A DNA stretch of 64,000 nt. It comes from Mustelus asterias. Its lineage: Eukaryota. The translations under genes were made by a program, and so were the position numbers. This document shows positions 12,801 through 26,074 of this stretch, piece by piece. The notes under the pieces were generated by a model. The model was not told the DNA's origin. It made no database searches and was given only the letters and a program-made list of their open reading frames with translations. Each line of letters starts with the position of its first letter. Positions within the stretch are counted from its first letter, which is position 1. The stretch lies in assembly GCF_964213995.1 (NCBI RefSeq), contig NC_135812.1:58280001-58344000 (forward strand), read 5' to 3'.

Positions 12801-13599
12801 CACATTTTATTGATTCTTACAATAAAATAATTTCTAATCGCACCTTCAGAATAAGTTATAATTTCGGTTATATTAAAAACAGTCATGGTCACAGTGATTA
12901 ACTCTGTTACTCAAACCAAAGGCAATATCTATAACCATGGTGCAGCTATGCTACTCAAACAGGTTCATTTGAAACTATACAGTGCAAAATAATGTTCAGG
13001 AGTCTTTTACTCCTACAATAAAGACACAGCTCTTATTTTTCTTGTCTTTTTTAAAGGCGTTTTTCAAGTTTACACATCTAACAGGAAAGTTACCCAGCAG
13101 ATGAGATAATGAGATATTAAAAAGTCTGCTGATCTGGTGATCCCATCTCTCTCCCATTGTGGAACCTGCCTCACATCCTTCCCATTCAAACCATCAGGAT
13201 GGATCCTATAATCTTTGGGTGATTGGTTTTAGAATTGCCCAGGAGGTCAAGGTGAAAATTCCATTCCTTGTGTTTGACTCACTGGGGCTAAAAAGATCCA
13301 AAGGATTCAAAGTTACTGAATAGAATCCCTGAGTGCGAAGTTTGTATTGTTTTGGAACAGATTCTGTCATTCAAGTGTAACACTAACTTATCTGATCTAC
13401 CAACTCTGCTTAAAACACACATTTGGAGATTTTGGCCTGAGTTAACAATGTTTTGTATTATAGAATAGACTAACAGAGTAAACAAGCACACCATTCAGCC
13501 CGTCACGTCTATATTGCCAGTTTCTAACAGCAATCCAGTGACCCCACACTCCCTCCTCCTCTTTCCCCCATCACTGCAATTGTTTTTTTCAAGTATGTG

Positions 13600-13870
13600 C
13601 GGCGTAGTGGTTAGCACCGCTGCCTCTCAGTGCCAGGGTTCGATTCTGATCTTGGGTGACTGTGTGGAGTTTACACATTCTTCCAGTGTCTGCGTGGGTT
13701 TCTTCCCACAATCCAAAAATGTGTCGGTTAGGTGGATTGGCCATGATATACGCACGGGTTTACGGGGATAGGGTGGAGAGGAGGACCTGGATGGGATGCT
13801 CTTTCAGATGGTTCATGCAGACTCGATAGGCTGAGTGGCCTCTTTCTGCACTGTAGGGGTTCTATGGTTC
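13600..13870 (+). mobile_element. HE1-like V-SINE, older copy
   Basis: GTAGTGGTTAGCACCGCTGCCTC head, degenerate V-domain and tail. Confidence 0.75.
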
Positions 13871-14031
13871 TCATGATTTATCTAATTTATTTTTGAAGGC
13901 TATAATTTAATCTGTAACCATCATCCCATCAGGCACTGTATTCCAAATCTGAAATAGTCAATATGGTTTCCCCCCATATTGTCCCTTTTGTCAATCACCT
14001 TAAATCTACGTCCTCTGGTTTTAATCCTTCA

Positions 14032-14587
14032 TGATGTGGAGATGCCGGCGTTGGACTGGGGTAAACACAGTAAGAGTTTTAACAACACCAGGTTAAAGTC
14101 CAACAGGTTTATTTGGTAGCAAATGCCATTAGCTTTCGGAGCGCTGCTCCTTCATCAGATGGAGTGGAAATCTGCTCTCAAACAGGGCACACAGAGACAC
14201 AAAATCAAGTTACAGAATACCGATTAGAATGCAAATCTCTACAGCCAACCAGGTCTTAAAGATACAGACAATGTGAGTGGAGGGAGCATTAAGCACAGGT
14301 TAAAGAAATGTGTATTGTCTCCAGACAGGACAGCCAGTGAGATTCTGCAAGTCCAGGAGGCAAGCTGTGGGAGTTACTGATAGTGTTCCGCACACATGAG
14401 GACGGCCTAAACCGGGATGTTGGATTTATGTCACACTATCAGTAACCCCCACAGCTTGCCTCCTGGACTTGCAGAATCTCACTGGCTGTCCTGTCTGACG
14501 AAGGAGCAGCGCTCCGAAAGCTAATGGCATTTGCTACCAAATAAACCTGTTGGACTTTAACCTGGTGTTGTTAAAACTCTTACTGTG
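14032..14587. mobile_element. Penelope-like element fragment with inverted terminal arms and hammerhead motifs
   Basis: Arms ~14061-14160 and ~14493-14590 are reverse complements. TSD TTTAATCCTTCA at 14020-14031 and 14588-14599. The interior contains the GIY-YIG C-terminal end (FRTHEDGLNRDVGFMSHY). Confidence 0.85.
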
Positions 14588-15130
14588 TTTAATCCTTCAG
14601 CCATTGGTTAACGTTTCCCTTCATTTTCTCTATCCAAATCCTTCAAGATTTTACACATCTTTATCAAAACTCCTCTTAACCTTTTCTGCTCCAACAATCC
14701 CCGCTCCTCCAATCTCTCCAAATACCAAATGTCATTCAATAAGATGTTACCTAAAAGGTTCCTGCACAAGATGGTGCTTGGGGTGAAGGGTCAGCATGGC
14801 TGGAGCATTGGTTATCTAACAGCAAACTGTTGGTTACCTCATCCAGACACTTTTCTCTGCTACACCAAGTCTAACCAACAGGAGGCACTGTATATGGTCT
14901 GAGGATGATTTTCCATAAAATCTTTGTGCTCTTCTTGTGGGGGAAATGTTTGAATTTCAGTTGGCAGTTCTCCACAACAGCAGGGCTTGGTGAAATAGGG
15001 CAGACAGTGGTCTTACTCTCTCCCTGTGGATCAGGGGCTGTGTGTTTCATTTAACATGGGACGGCTTTCCTTAACAGACTATAGAACAAGACTGCTGTCA
15101 GACTGGAGAAGCTTCCTGTACCTGTAGACG

Positions 15131-15324
15131 CTAGGACATGAAGGCTCGTACGCTGCCTCTAATGAGAGCTCGACATATTGGGCAGCTGCGGAGATTAGGA
15201 GCACAGTCTCTGCACACAACCAGGTGTCCACAAGGTATGAAAACAATGGAGACCTCTCTGTCCAAGCACACCTTACATGTTCGCTCATTCTTCAGCTGCC
15301 GCAGTTGTTCCTCAGCACTCAAGT
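15131..15324 (-). CDS. BIRC7: BIRC7-like IAP, last coding exon (RING E3 ligase domain)
   Basis: Acceptor ttacag| in phase 1. Encodes [64 protein letters not shown], a canonical IAP C3HC4 RING. Confidence 0.93.
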
Positions 15325-16329
15325 CTGTAAACATATGTAGACACAAGGATATTTAGATCACATCTTTTCTAAAGTTAGAGTGGATTATAACCTCTCTGCA
15401 GCTCCTTCCGGATGTCACTCTGTACCTGCTCACTAGTTGGAGAGAGCACTGACCTTCCTCTCTCACTGCTCCTGAGATCTATCTCGGGTTATTAGTAGTA
15501 AATTGTCTCCAGTCAGTCCTCCGACTCTGTACCAAACCCACATTATTTCACCAAATCAGATTAGCAGAATTCCTCTGCCTGCTGCTTCAGTGGAGATATT
15601 GATTCATAAAAACTAGGTAATGTCTGCGTTAAAGCCAAGTAAAATTTGTCACATAATTTGTGTTCTTCACTTAGCATTACTGTTTGAAAGTCAGATCTGC
15701 TTCAGACTCTCCTGTCAGTCTTTTACTTGGATGGGAGTTGGGTCACACTGCCTCATGTCTCCTTGGACAGTGGTGTAACCCAGAGATTTAACTTGTTGTG
15801 ATGTGGACTGGATATTTGTATTTTTCATATGTCCATTCCCTCAGTCTCACGAGTTGATGATTGAGTTTCTGTCCTGGTGAATGACGGTATATACAGCCCA
15901 GAACCTCAACCAATCCATGGGCACGTTTATGATTCATTCAAACCTCCTCCCATCCTTTCCCAACTAACGCTAACCTCTGGAACCGTCTATTTCTTCATCT
16001 GCTTATCTAGTCTCCCTATAAACACCACTCAGCCTCGCCTCCCTGTGGGAGTGAATACCCCATTCTCGCCACCCTCGGGGTGGAAAGGTTTCTCCTGAAT
16101 TCCTTACCTAATTTCTTGGTGACTATCTGAAATTGATGGTTTCTAGTTTTGCTCTTCCCTGCAAATGGAAACACTCTCCCCGTGTCTGCGTGGGTTTCCT
16201 CCCGGGATTGGGGGGTGCAGGGGAGGGGGGGGGGGTGCAAGAGTGAAACATGGGCAAGGAAACCTCCTGCTGGTTACCACGTACTGTCTCCCCCTCAGCT
16301 GCTGAATCAATATTCCTCCATATTGAACA

Positions 16330-19227
16330 CCACTTGGAGGAAGCACTGAGGGTGGCAAGGGCACTGAATGTACTCCGGGTGGGGGAACTTCGGTGTCCAT
16401 CACTGAGAGTGGCTCAGAAGAATCAACATAGACCAAGCTCCTAAAGGGTCCAGACTGGGTCTGCGGCAGATGGCGAAGGAACCAACAAGAAGGAAAAACA
16501 TACTTGACCTCATCCAGGGCGGCACGGTAGCACAGTGGTTAGCACTGCTGCTTCACAGCTCCAGGGTCCTGGGTTCAATTCCCGGCTCGGGTCACTGTGT
16601 GTGTGGAGTTTGCACATTCTCCTCGTGTCTGCGTGGGTTTCCTCCGGGTGCTCCGGTTTCCTCCCACAGTCCAAAGATGTGTGGGTTAGGTTGATTGGCC
16701 AGGTTAAAAAAAAAAATTGCCCCTTAGAGTCCTGAGATGCGTAGGTTAGAGGGATTAGCGGGTAAATATGTGGGGGGAGGGCCTGGGTGGGATTGTGGTT
16801 GGTGCAGACTCGATGGGCCGAATGGCCTCCTTCTGCTCTGCAGGGTTTCTATGATTCTATGATTCTTACCAACCTGCCTGTTGCAGATGCATCTGTCCAT
16901 GACAGTATTGGTAAGAGTGACCACTGCACAGTCCTTGTGGAAACAAAGTCCCGCTTTCACATTGAGAATAACCTCCATCGTGTTGTGTGGCACTATCACA
17001 GTGCTAAATGGGACAGACTTCGAACCGATCTAGCAACTCAAGACTGGGCATCCATGAGGCACTGTGGTCCATCAACAGCGCCTCATGGTGTTTATAGGGA
17101 GACTAGATTGTGCTGTACTCCAGCACAATCTGCAACTTCATGGCCCGACATATCCCCCACTCAATCATTACCATCAAGCCAGGGGATCAACCCTGGTTCA
17201 ATGGAGAGTGCAGGAGAGCATGCCAGGAGCAGCACCGGGGGTACCTAAAAATGAGGTGTCAACCTGGTGAAGCTACCAAACAGGACTACTTGAGTGCTAA
17301 ACAACATAAGCAGCAAGTGATAGAGCTATCTGATCCCACAGCCAACGGATCAGATCTAAGCTCTGCAGTCCTTCCACATCCAGTCGTGAATGGTGATGGA
17401 CAATTAAACAACTCACTGGAGGAGGTGGTTCCACAAATATCCCCATCCTAAATGATGGAGGAGCCCAGCACATCAGTGCAAAAGATAAGGTTGTGGCATT
17501 CACAACAATTTGCAACCAAAAGTGCTGAGTGGATGCTCCATCTCGGCCTCCTCCAGTGGTCCCCAGCATCTCAGACGCCAGTCTCCAGCCAATTCAATTC
17601 ACTCCCCGTGACGTCAAGAAATGGCTGAAAGCACTGGATGCTGCAAAGACTATGGGTCCTGACAATATTCTGGCAATAGTACAGAACTTGCTGTGCCCCT
17701 AGCCAAGCTACAACACTGGCATCTATCCGGCAATGTGGAACGTTGCCCAGGTATGTCCTGTACACAAAAAGCAGGACAAATTCAACCCGGCCAATTCCCG
17801 CCCAATCAGTCTACTCTCGATCATCAGTAAAGTGATGGAAGAGGTCATCAACAGTGCTATCAAACAGCACCTGCTCAGCAATAACCTGCTCAGTGACGTC
17901 CAGTTTGGATTCCACCAGGGTCACTCAGCTCCTGACCTCATTGCAGCCTTAGTTCGACAGAGCTGAACTCCAGAGGGGAGGAGGTGAGAGGGACTGCCCT
18001 TGACATTAAGGCAGCATTTGACCAAGCGCGGCATCAAGAAGCCCCAGCAAAACTGCAGTCAATGGGAATGAGGGGGAAATCCCTCCACTGGTTAGAGTTA
18101 TACCTGGTGCAAAGAAAGATGGTTGAGGAGGTCGGAGGTCAATCATCTCAGCTCCAGGATATCATTGCAGCAGTTCATACCTGGTACATAAGAAGATGGT
18201 TGTGGTTGTGGAGGGTCAGTCATCTCAGCTCCAGGATATCTCTACAGGAGTCCCTCAGTGTAGTGTCCTGGTCCCAACCATCTTCAGCTGCTTCATCAAT
18301 GATCTTCCCTACATCATAAGGTCAGAAGTGGGGATGTTCGCCGATGATCACACAATATTCAGCACCATTTGTGACTCTTCAGATACTGAAGCAGCCCATG
18401 TCCAAATGCAGCAAGACCTGGACAATATCCAGGTTTGAGCTGACAAGTGGCAAGTAACATTTCTGCCACACAAATGCCAGACAACGACTATCTCCAACAA
18501 GAGAGGATCTTGCCACCGCCCCATGACATTCAATGGCATTACCAACATGTAATCCCCCACGGTCAACATCCTGGAGGTTACCATTAACCAGAAACTGCAC
18601 AGTACTAGCTATATAAATCCTGTGGCTACCAGAGCAGGTCAGAAACTAGGAATCATGTGGTGATTAACTCCCAAACTCCCCAAAGCCTGTCCACAATCTA
18701 CAAGGGATAAATCAGGTGTGTGATGGAATACTCCCCACTTGTCTGGATGGGTGCAGCTCCAACAACACTCAAGAAGCTCAACACTATCCAGGACAAAGCA
18801 GCCACTTGATCCTCACCCCATCCACAAACATTCAATCCCTCCACCACTGACACACAGTGACAGCCGTGTGTACATCTGCAAGATGCACTGCCAGAACGCA
18901 CCAAGGCTCCTTAGGCAGCACCTTCCAAACCCACAATCACTACCATCTAGAAGGTATTGCTACAACAGCAATACCTGGGAACGCTACCACCTGGAGGTTT
19001 CCCTCCAAGTCACTCACCATCTTGATTTGGAAATATGTCACCGTTCCTTCACTGTCACTGGGTCAAAATCCTTGAACTCCCTCCCTAACGGCACTGTGCA
19101 TGTACCTACACTTCAGGGAATGCAGCAGTTCAAGGCGGCAGCTCATCACCACCTTCTCGAGGGCAACTAGGGATGGGCAGTAAATGCTGTCCTCACCAGC
19201 GGCACCCACATTCCTTGTATGAATAAA
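16330..19227 (+). mobile_element. CR1/L2-group non-LTR retrotransposon, ORF2 remnant with stops and frameshifts
   Basis: RT motifs RPISLLSIISKVME, QFGF, DIKAAFD, GVPQxSVL and MFADD lie in broken frames. Interrupted by a SINE at 16517-16865. Confidence 0.88.
16517..16865 (+). mobile_element. HE1-like V-SINE inserted in the LINE
   Basis: Full head GGGCGGCACGGTAGCACAGTGG, V-domain and CTATGATT tail. Confidence 0.9.
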
Positions 19228-19621
19228 CCCCTCCATCTACTCCAATCTCCGACTACACTGCTCACCCCCTCAATGAACACACCCCACTCCCCTCCCCACC
19301 ACTCCCACCATGTCCACCTCCGCTACCACATCGCCCCCACCACCCACTGTGCTTCAGATCCTGACCTTCTGATGAACTGCCTGCTCCATTCAGCAAGGCA
19401 GTGGCAGCCTCCAACAATCTTTCTGTCTGATTTTCTGACTGGTGCCAGGAAGTCAGCTCCTACCTCCTGGGGGAACTTGAAACCTCTACTTGGCTGCCGA
19501 TCTCACCCCCTGCCTAATTCAGGCCCAAAGCATTGTGGGAATGACACAATTCAGGCATGGTCTCACTACCCACAATTCACCCAGGTCTCCTAACCTCCAT
19601 TTAGAAAAAAACCTGGTTAAA

Positions 19622-20075
19622 AGCAAATTACTGCGGAGGCTGGAATCTGAAACCAAAAGAGAAAATGCTGGAAAATCTCAGCAGGTCTGGCAAGATCTAC
19701 GAGGAGAGAAAAGAGCTGATGTTGAGTCCAGATGACCCTTTGTCGAAGTGAAATGGCAGAGAAAATGGGAGATATTTATACTGCAGGATGAGGGAATGAA
19801 AGATGAGTCATAGCCACAAAAACCAGGGGAAAGGCTGCTAATGGCAGTCCATAGAGAGAGTAGAAGTTGCGAATGGCCAAACGGCAGAGAAGCTGAAATC
19901 AGAGGGTAAACTGTGACAGATGAAGATGTGGGGGGAGGGGGAGAGGAATGGGTGGGAGAGAGGTAAAATTAAGAAAAAAGGGGGAAAGGGGGAGAAAAGG
20001 TAAGAAAAGGGGGGAGAAAGTAGGAGGAAAGAGTGGGGGGGGGGGGGGTGGGGGGGGATAGAAAAATAATGAAAT
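19622..20075 (-). mobile_element. Second Penelope-like family, terminal fragment
   Basis: GAAAATGCTGGAAAATCTCAGCAGGTCTG... also occurs at ~52475-52575; a degenerate hammerhead-like core lies on the minus strand. Confidence 0.5.
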
Positions 20076-20553
20076 TAGAGAATTAGAAAATAAAGAATTT
20101 AGAAAGGCCATTGCAGTCTAATCTGGACCTGTTCAAAATTCCCCTGTTATAGAGAATCAGCTCCGTGGGGTTGGTAATCATTGCCGATCTATTCAGGACC
20201 ACAAGAAGCAGCCAGACATACAGATAGTCCAGCTAATGCACCAAGCACAGCCTCATTCAGTCATCAGTCAATGTGTAAACTTGAGCGATATTATCAGCTC
20301 CTGTCCATTCTGAAACTGAACACAAGCTTCCCAGCTGGGACTTGTGTTAGAGAGAACTAGACAAAGCAGCAATTCAGGCAGAGAAGGAAACTGAGATTAC
20401 ACGCTACAACAAGATAGCTGAACACTAATAGAAATGCACATAGAACCAATATGATAAAATAGTCGATGGAAAAGATGTTGAGTAGAAATGCTAGAAAGAG
20501 AAGAGAAACTTGCTACAGGAGGTTTGCAGCTCGAGGCTGTTCTAGAATAGAGC

Positions 20554-21397
20554 GATGATGTGGAGATACCCAGCCTTCAGGAGAACAGTGACCAAGACAC
20601 CACACAACCCTGCCACAGCAACCTCTGCAAGACGTGCCGGATCATCGACACAGATGCCATCATCTCACGTGAGAACACCATCCACCAGGTACACAGTACA
20701 TACTCTTGCAACTCGGCCAACGTTGTCTACCTGATACGCTGCAAGAAAGGATGTCCCGAGGCATGGTACATTGGGGAAACTATGCAGACGCTGCGACAAC
20801 GGATGAATGAACACCGCTCGACAATCACCAGGCAAGACTGTTCTCTTCCTGTTGGGGAGCACTTCAGCGGTCACGGGCATTCGGCCTCTGATATTCGGGT
20901 AAGCGTTCTCCAAGGCGGCCTTCGCGACACACGACAGCGCAGAGTCGCGGAGCAGAAACTGATAGCCAGGTTCCGCACACACAAGGACGGCCTCAACCGG
21001 GATATTGGGTTTATGTCACACTATTTCACATAAATATTTCTGCTTTTTTCCTCCTGAGTCTTTATCATGCGATCCTAGAATCAGAATTTATGTCACACTA
21101 TTTGTAACTCCCACAGTTGCGTGGACCTGCAGAGTTTCACTGGCTGTCTTGTCTGGAGACAATACACATCTTTTTAGCCTGTCTTGATGCTCTCTCCACT
21201 CCCATTGTTTTGTTTCTTAAAGACTGGATTAGTTGTAAGTATTCGCATTCCAACCATTATTCATGTAAAATAAGTTCTGTTTGTGAACAGAATTCCCACT
21301 CACCTGAGGAAGGGGCTCAGAGCCTCGAAAGCTTGTGTGGCTTTTGCTACCAAATAAACCTGTTGGACTTTAACCTGGTGTTGTAAAACTTCTTACT
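20554..21397 (+). mobile_element. Penelope-like retroelement, 5'-truncated, with GIY-YIG endonuclease ORF (20560-21033)
   Basis: CKTC...NVVYLIRC...YIGET...RMNEH...EHF...EQKLI...GLNRD is the PLE GIY-YIG signature. 3' hammerhead at 21301-21336. TSD AGAATAGAGC at 20544-20553 and 21398-21407. Confidence 0.9.
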
Positions 21398-21768
21398 AGA
21401 ATAGAGCTCCAGTCTTTCCACACCTACAACATACCTTCCAGATGATTCTGCCTGAGAGAGGATTTTGGTGTAATCCTCCATTTCCATTGGTTCCTCAAGT
21501 CAGGTGACTCACTTCTGCTGTACTGTCTTAAAGGGACAGGCACCACATACACAATAGGACAGGGGCCAGTGAATGATCTATGGTCAAGGGCAAGATACCT
21601 GGCTGCCACTCCCACTTCCTCCCCTCCCATGAACTCCATTTCATCCAACCCCAGTGATGAGGAGATTCATTGGAGGAGTGCAGGTGGTGCCCTAACAGAG
21701 AGAAGCCTGTTTCCAGGTGAGCCTCTGAACCATCGGGACAGTCTGGAGATTCCGATCCTGCAGCTTAC

Positions 21769-21840
21769 CCCTTCTCTGCGTTGTTGCTTCCCTGCTCTCA
21801 TTTGGAGCAGTTCTGTCCACCTGTGGCCTCTGGTCAACTC
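21769..21840 (-). CDS. BIRC7: BIRC7-like IAP, 72-bp linker exon
   Basis: ttattttgacag| ... G|gtaagc, phase 1 to 1, open frame GVDQRPQVDRTAPNESREATTQRR. Joins the UBA and RING exons in frame. Confidence 0.7.
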
Positions 21841-22054
21841 CTGTCAAAATAACAAAATGACCAATCAGTCCCCGGGTCTATAACAAATCTTCGATGAGTA
21901 CACTCTGAGTTTTGCCAGTGACGCTCCGTATTTGCTAATGGAGTAGATATCTCACAGTGAAAACACAATATCCCCACTTCACAGTGAAAACCACCCAATC
22001 AGTGAAAAAGTCAGGAAGGCAGCAAGAGGAGCTGGTTCTGTTTCAAGTCAATAC

Positions 22055-22264
22055 CTGTGTTTAGCTGTCTCCTTTCTCTTCCTGACTCCTCGGCCCCCAG
22101 TAGATCAGAGAGAAGGTCACTGACTGAGCTATACTGTGACCCAGACAGCAGGTACTTGTTATAAACTAAACTCTCGATCAAACTGCGATCAAAACCCATC
22201 TGCAGCACATGCTGAACCACGGTGGATTGCATGAGAGGAGAGAGTGCCGCATTTTCAACCAGAC
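22055..22264 (-). CDS. BIRC7: BIRC7-like IAP, UBA-domain exon
   Basis: ctccttgcag| ... G|gtattg. Encodes [45 protein letters not shown], with the MGF and LL motifs of the IAP UBA. Confidence 0.88.
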
Positions 22265-22479
22265 CTGCAAGGAGATAGATTTACTGTGAGAATTTAAGAG
22301 TGTTCCTCTCCTGTCTCTTCACCTCCAGCTTTCTCCCTCTCCTGGGACAGGAGGCGGGTAACGGTGGGAATGTAGAAATGCTGTTTGGCCATTTCCACAA
22401 TCTCTCTCCTGCAAAATCCTTCCCCTTTCGATTCGGAACTCTGGTCCACTGGAGGCACTCCTATCCCTTGACCAGAAAG

Positions 22480-22812
22480 ATATTGGTCCAAGTCCCACAT
22501 CAGGGATTTGAGCATTTCACTCAGGATCACTGAGGGAATGCTGCACTGTCTGAGCTGCCCTCTTTTAGATTGTGCTGCACACTGGATGTAAATGATACCA
22601 TGGTGTTACTTCAGAACAGAGAGGCATTTCTGCCCAGCATCCTGGCAAATATTTATCCCGAAATCAATATCACATTGAACACATTTTCAATAATTAACAG
22701 ACTAATCAGTTTGTGAGATCCTCCTGTGTAACATTTGGTTGCCATGTCTACAATGCTGAAGTATTTAATTGGTTATGAATTTTTGTTTGAAATGTTTTGG
22801 AGTGTCCTGAAA
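22480..22812 (+). mobile_element. Old Deu-domain-type (SacSINE1-like) SINE
   Basis: ACTGAGGGAATGCTGCACTGTC ... CCTGGCAAATATTTATCCC; homologous to 38258-38600. Confidence 0.55.
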
Positions 22813-22840
22813 ATTAGGAACTCAAATTCAAACCATTCCC

Positions 22841-24250
22841 CAGACAGACTCCCCTTGGACAGACTCCCCTTGGACAGATTCCCCCAGGGCAGACTCCCCT
22901 TGAACAGACTCCCCTTGGGCAGACTTCCCTTGGACAGATTCCCCCAGGGCAGACTCCCCTTGGACAGAGTCCCCTTGGACAGACTCCCCTTGGACAGACT
23001 CCCCTTGGACAGACTCCCCTTGGACAGACTCCCCTCGGGAAGACTCCCCTTGGACAGACTCCCCTTGGACAGACTCCCCTCGGGAAGACTCCCCTTGGAC
23101 AGACTCCCCTTGGACAGACTCCCCTTGGACAGACTCCCCTTGGAAGTTACCCCCAAACAGATGCTACCCCTGTATAGACTCTCCCTGGGCAGACTTTCCC
23201 TGGGCAGACTTTCCCCAGACAGACTCCCCTTGGACAGACTCCCCTTGGGCAGACTCCCCTTGGGCAGACTCCCCTTGGACAGACTCCCCTTGGACAGATT
23301 CCCCCAGGGCAGACACTCCTTGGACAGAGTCGCCTTGGACAGACTCCCCTTGGACAGACTCCCCTTGAACAGACTCCCCTTGGACAGACTCCCCTTGGAC
23401 AGACTCCCCTCGGGAAGACTCCCCTTGGACAGACTCCCCTTGGAAGTTACCCCCAAACAGATGCTACCCCTGTATAGACTCTCCCTGGGCAGACTTTCCC
23501 TGGGCAGACTTTCCCCAGACAGACTCCCCTTGGACAGACTCCCCTTGGGCAGACTCCCCTTGGACAGACTCCCCTTGGACAGATTCCCCCAGGGCAGACA
23601 CTCCTTGGACAGAGTCGCCTTGGACAGACTTCCCTTGGACAGACTCCCCTTGAACAGACTCCCCTTGGACAGACTCCCCTTGGACAGACTCCCCTTGGAC
23701 AGACTCTCCTTGGACAGACTCCCCTCGGGAAGACTCCCCTTGGACAGACTCCTCTTGGACAGACTCCCCTTGGACAGACTCCGCTTGGACAGACTCCCCT
23801 TGGACAGACTCCCCTTGGACATACTCCCCTCGGGAAGACTCCCCTTGGACAGACTCCCCTTGGACAGACTCCTCTTGGACAGACTCCCCTTGGACAGACT
23901 CCGCTTGGACAGACTCCCCTTGGACAGACTCCCCTTGGACATACTCCCCTTGGACAGACTCCTCTTGGGCAGTCTCCCCTTGGACAGACTCCCCTCGGGA
24001 CAGACTCCCCTCGGGACAGACTCCCCTTGGACAGACTCCCCTTGGGCAGACTCCCCTTGGACAGACTCCCCTCGGGAAGACTCCCCTTGGACAGACTCCC
24101 CTTGGGAGTTACTCCCTGGACACACACTCCTCCTGGACAGGAACGTTCCCTGGACAAACTCTCTGCGACAGGCTCTCCCTGGACAGACTCTCCATGGAGA
24201 GACTCTCCCTGGACAGACTCACTCCAGCACAGTCTCCTCGGACAGACAGG
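22841..24250. repeat. 15-bp minisatellite (AGACTCCCCTTGGAC)n with a 300-bp higher-order duplication
   Basis: Tandem array. The marker GAAGTTACCCCCAAACAGATGCTACCCCTG occurs at 23143 and 23443. Confidence 0.95.
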
Positions 24251-24934
24251 CCCCATTGTAAGAAATGGTAATTTTCAGAATATTGTAGAATTCTTATAGA
24301 TTTCGCAGGAACAATTGAGGCCATTTTCTTGAAAAATCCATTGCCCGTCCCTAACAGCTAGTGGCTGATAAACAATGATAATTGCCAAGGACAATGGTGC
24401 TCTCTGGGAGGCCGATGGCATCTTGTGTTTCCTCTGGCAGGAGTTACCAGATAGTAGCCAGTATCAGATAAACTGAAAGGTGCCCTCAGCTAAAGTGAGA
24501 AACAGAGGGGAGGCGACATTTTGAGTATCTGGCCAGAGATACTCAAACAGGTGATTAAACCACTGACCCCGAGAAATAAAGTATATTAATGGGTGCTCAG
24601 TGGGCAAGGGGCAGACCTCATTGGACAGCTGTTTTCTCCAAATGGGGAAGAGTGAGGGAGACCAGGAAAGGGTATCCTAACACAGCTGGAGAGCAGAACA
24701 TTGCCAGTACAGACTCTGGAGATTAACTCTTGAACCACATTATCTCTCTGTCTTTTAACTGCTTTCATTATCACACTTCAGATGCTTTTTGTGACTATTT
24801 AGTTTATGCCTCATATCTAAACTGTTAGACATTAATAAACTATTAAAAAATTACTTTAAAATCATCAATGACTTTGAAATCCTTTTTGGGACATTTGTGA
24901 CTCTTGGAACTAAAACTAACAAAGCGGTTTCAGA

Positions 24935-25482
24935 AGTGGGATATCGGAGTGGGGTATCGGCGTGGGGTATCAGAGTGGGGTATCGGAGTGGGGTATCAGA
25001 GTGGGGTATCGGAGTGGGGTATCGGAGTGGGGTATCAGAGTGGGGTATCGGAGTGGGGTATCGGAGTGGGGTATCAGAGTGGGGTATCAGAGTGGGGTAT
25101 TGGAATGGGGTTTCAGAATGGGGAATCAGAGTGGGGAATCAGAGTGGGGTATCGGAGCAGAGTATCAGAGTGGGGTACATTAGAGTGGCATATCGGAGTG
25201 GGGTATCGGAGTGGGGTATCGGAGTGGGGTATCGGAGTGGGGTATCGGAATGGGGTATCAGAATGGGGAATCAGAGTGGGGTATCGGAGTGTGGTATCAG
25301 AGTGGGGAATCAGAGTGGGCTATCAGAGTGGAGTATCAGAGTGGGGTATCAGAGTGGGCTGTCAGAGTGGGGAATCAGAGTGGGGAATCAAAGTGGGGAA
25401 TCAGAGTGGGCTATCAGAGTGGGGAATCAGAATGAGGTATCAGAGTGGGGTATCAGAGTGGGGAATCAGAATGAGGTATCAG
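24935..25482. repeat. 13-bp G-rich minisatellite (GGAGTGGGGTATC)n
   Basis: Direct tandem array. Confidence 0.95.
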
Positions 25483-25511
25483 AGAGAGATATTAGATTGG
25501 TCAAGATCCTA

Positions 25512-25703
25512 AGTCCAAAGATGTGCGGGTTAGGTTGATTGGCCATGCTAAAAATTGCCCTTAGTGTCCTGAGATGCGTAGGTTAGCGGGATTAGTGGGT
25601 AAATATGTCGGGATATGGGGGTAGGGCCTGGGTGGGATTGTGGTCGGTGAAGACTCGATGGGCCGAATGGCCTCTTTCTGTACTGTAGGGTTTCTATGAT
25701 TCT
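25512..25703 (+). mobile_element. HE1-like SINE, 3' half
   Basis: AGTCCAAAGATGTGCGGGTTAGG ... TTTCTATGATTCT. Confidence 0.85.
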
Positions 25704-26030
25704 AAGTGATGGAGATTCCAGTTACATTTCTGAGCATGTCCAGGCAAATACATTTCAGTTAAAGATGGTGTGATGATCGGAGTGCAATTGGTATGGATTC
25801 TGGTCCAGGACCCTAACAATGGGCGGAGATGAGTTGGCATACGGAAGGTAAAAGAGGTGGGAATTCAGATGGCCACTGCAGCTGGTAACTGCCTCACTGC
25901 TGAGAGAAATTAAACATGAACACTTTCATGAAACTGACAGAATTAGAAAAATATAAAATGAATTACATTTTAAGTTCACAATGTCAGCGTGCCTGCTAAT
26001 TCTACAATCTCAAAAAGTACCTTTTCTTAC

Positions 26031-26074
26031 AGATCTCCCCTTTGAGAATCACAACTGATTTCTGGATAATCCAG
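26031..26074 (-). CDS. Candidate BIRC7 linker exon (LDYPEISCDSQRGD)
   Basis: aatttctcag| ... CT|gtaaga, open in phase 0. It ends in phase 2 whereas the UBA exon needs phase 1, so it cannot close the model alone. Confidence 0.3.

Noticed and set aside
20560-21033. Stand-alone GIY-YIG nuclease gene
   Set aside because: It is the 3' end of a Penelope element bounded by a TSD.
22735-24261. 508-aa (RLPLD)n ORF and antisense (KGSLS)n ORF
   Set aside because: Translation of a 15-bp intronic minisatellite.
24897-25538. W/G-rich ORFs
   Set aside because: Translation of a 13-bp tandem repeat.
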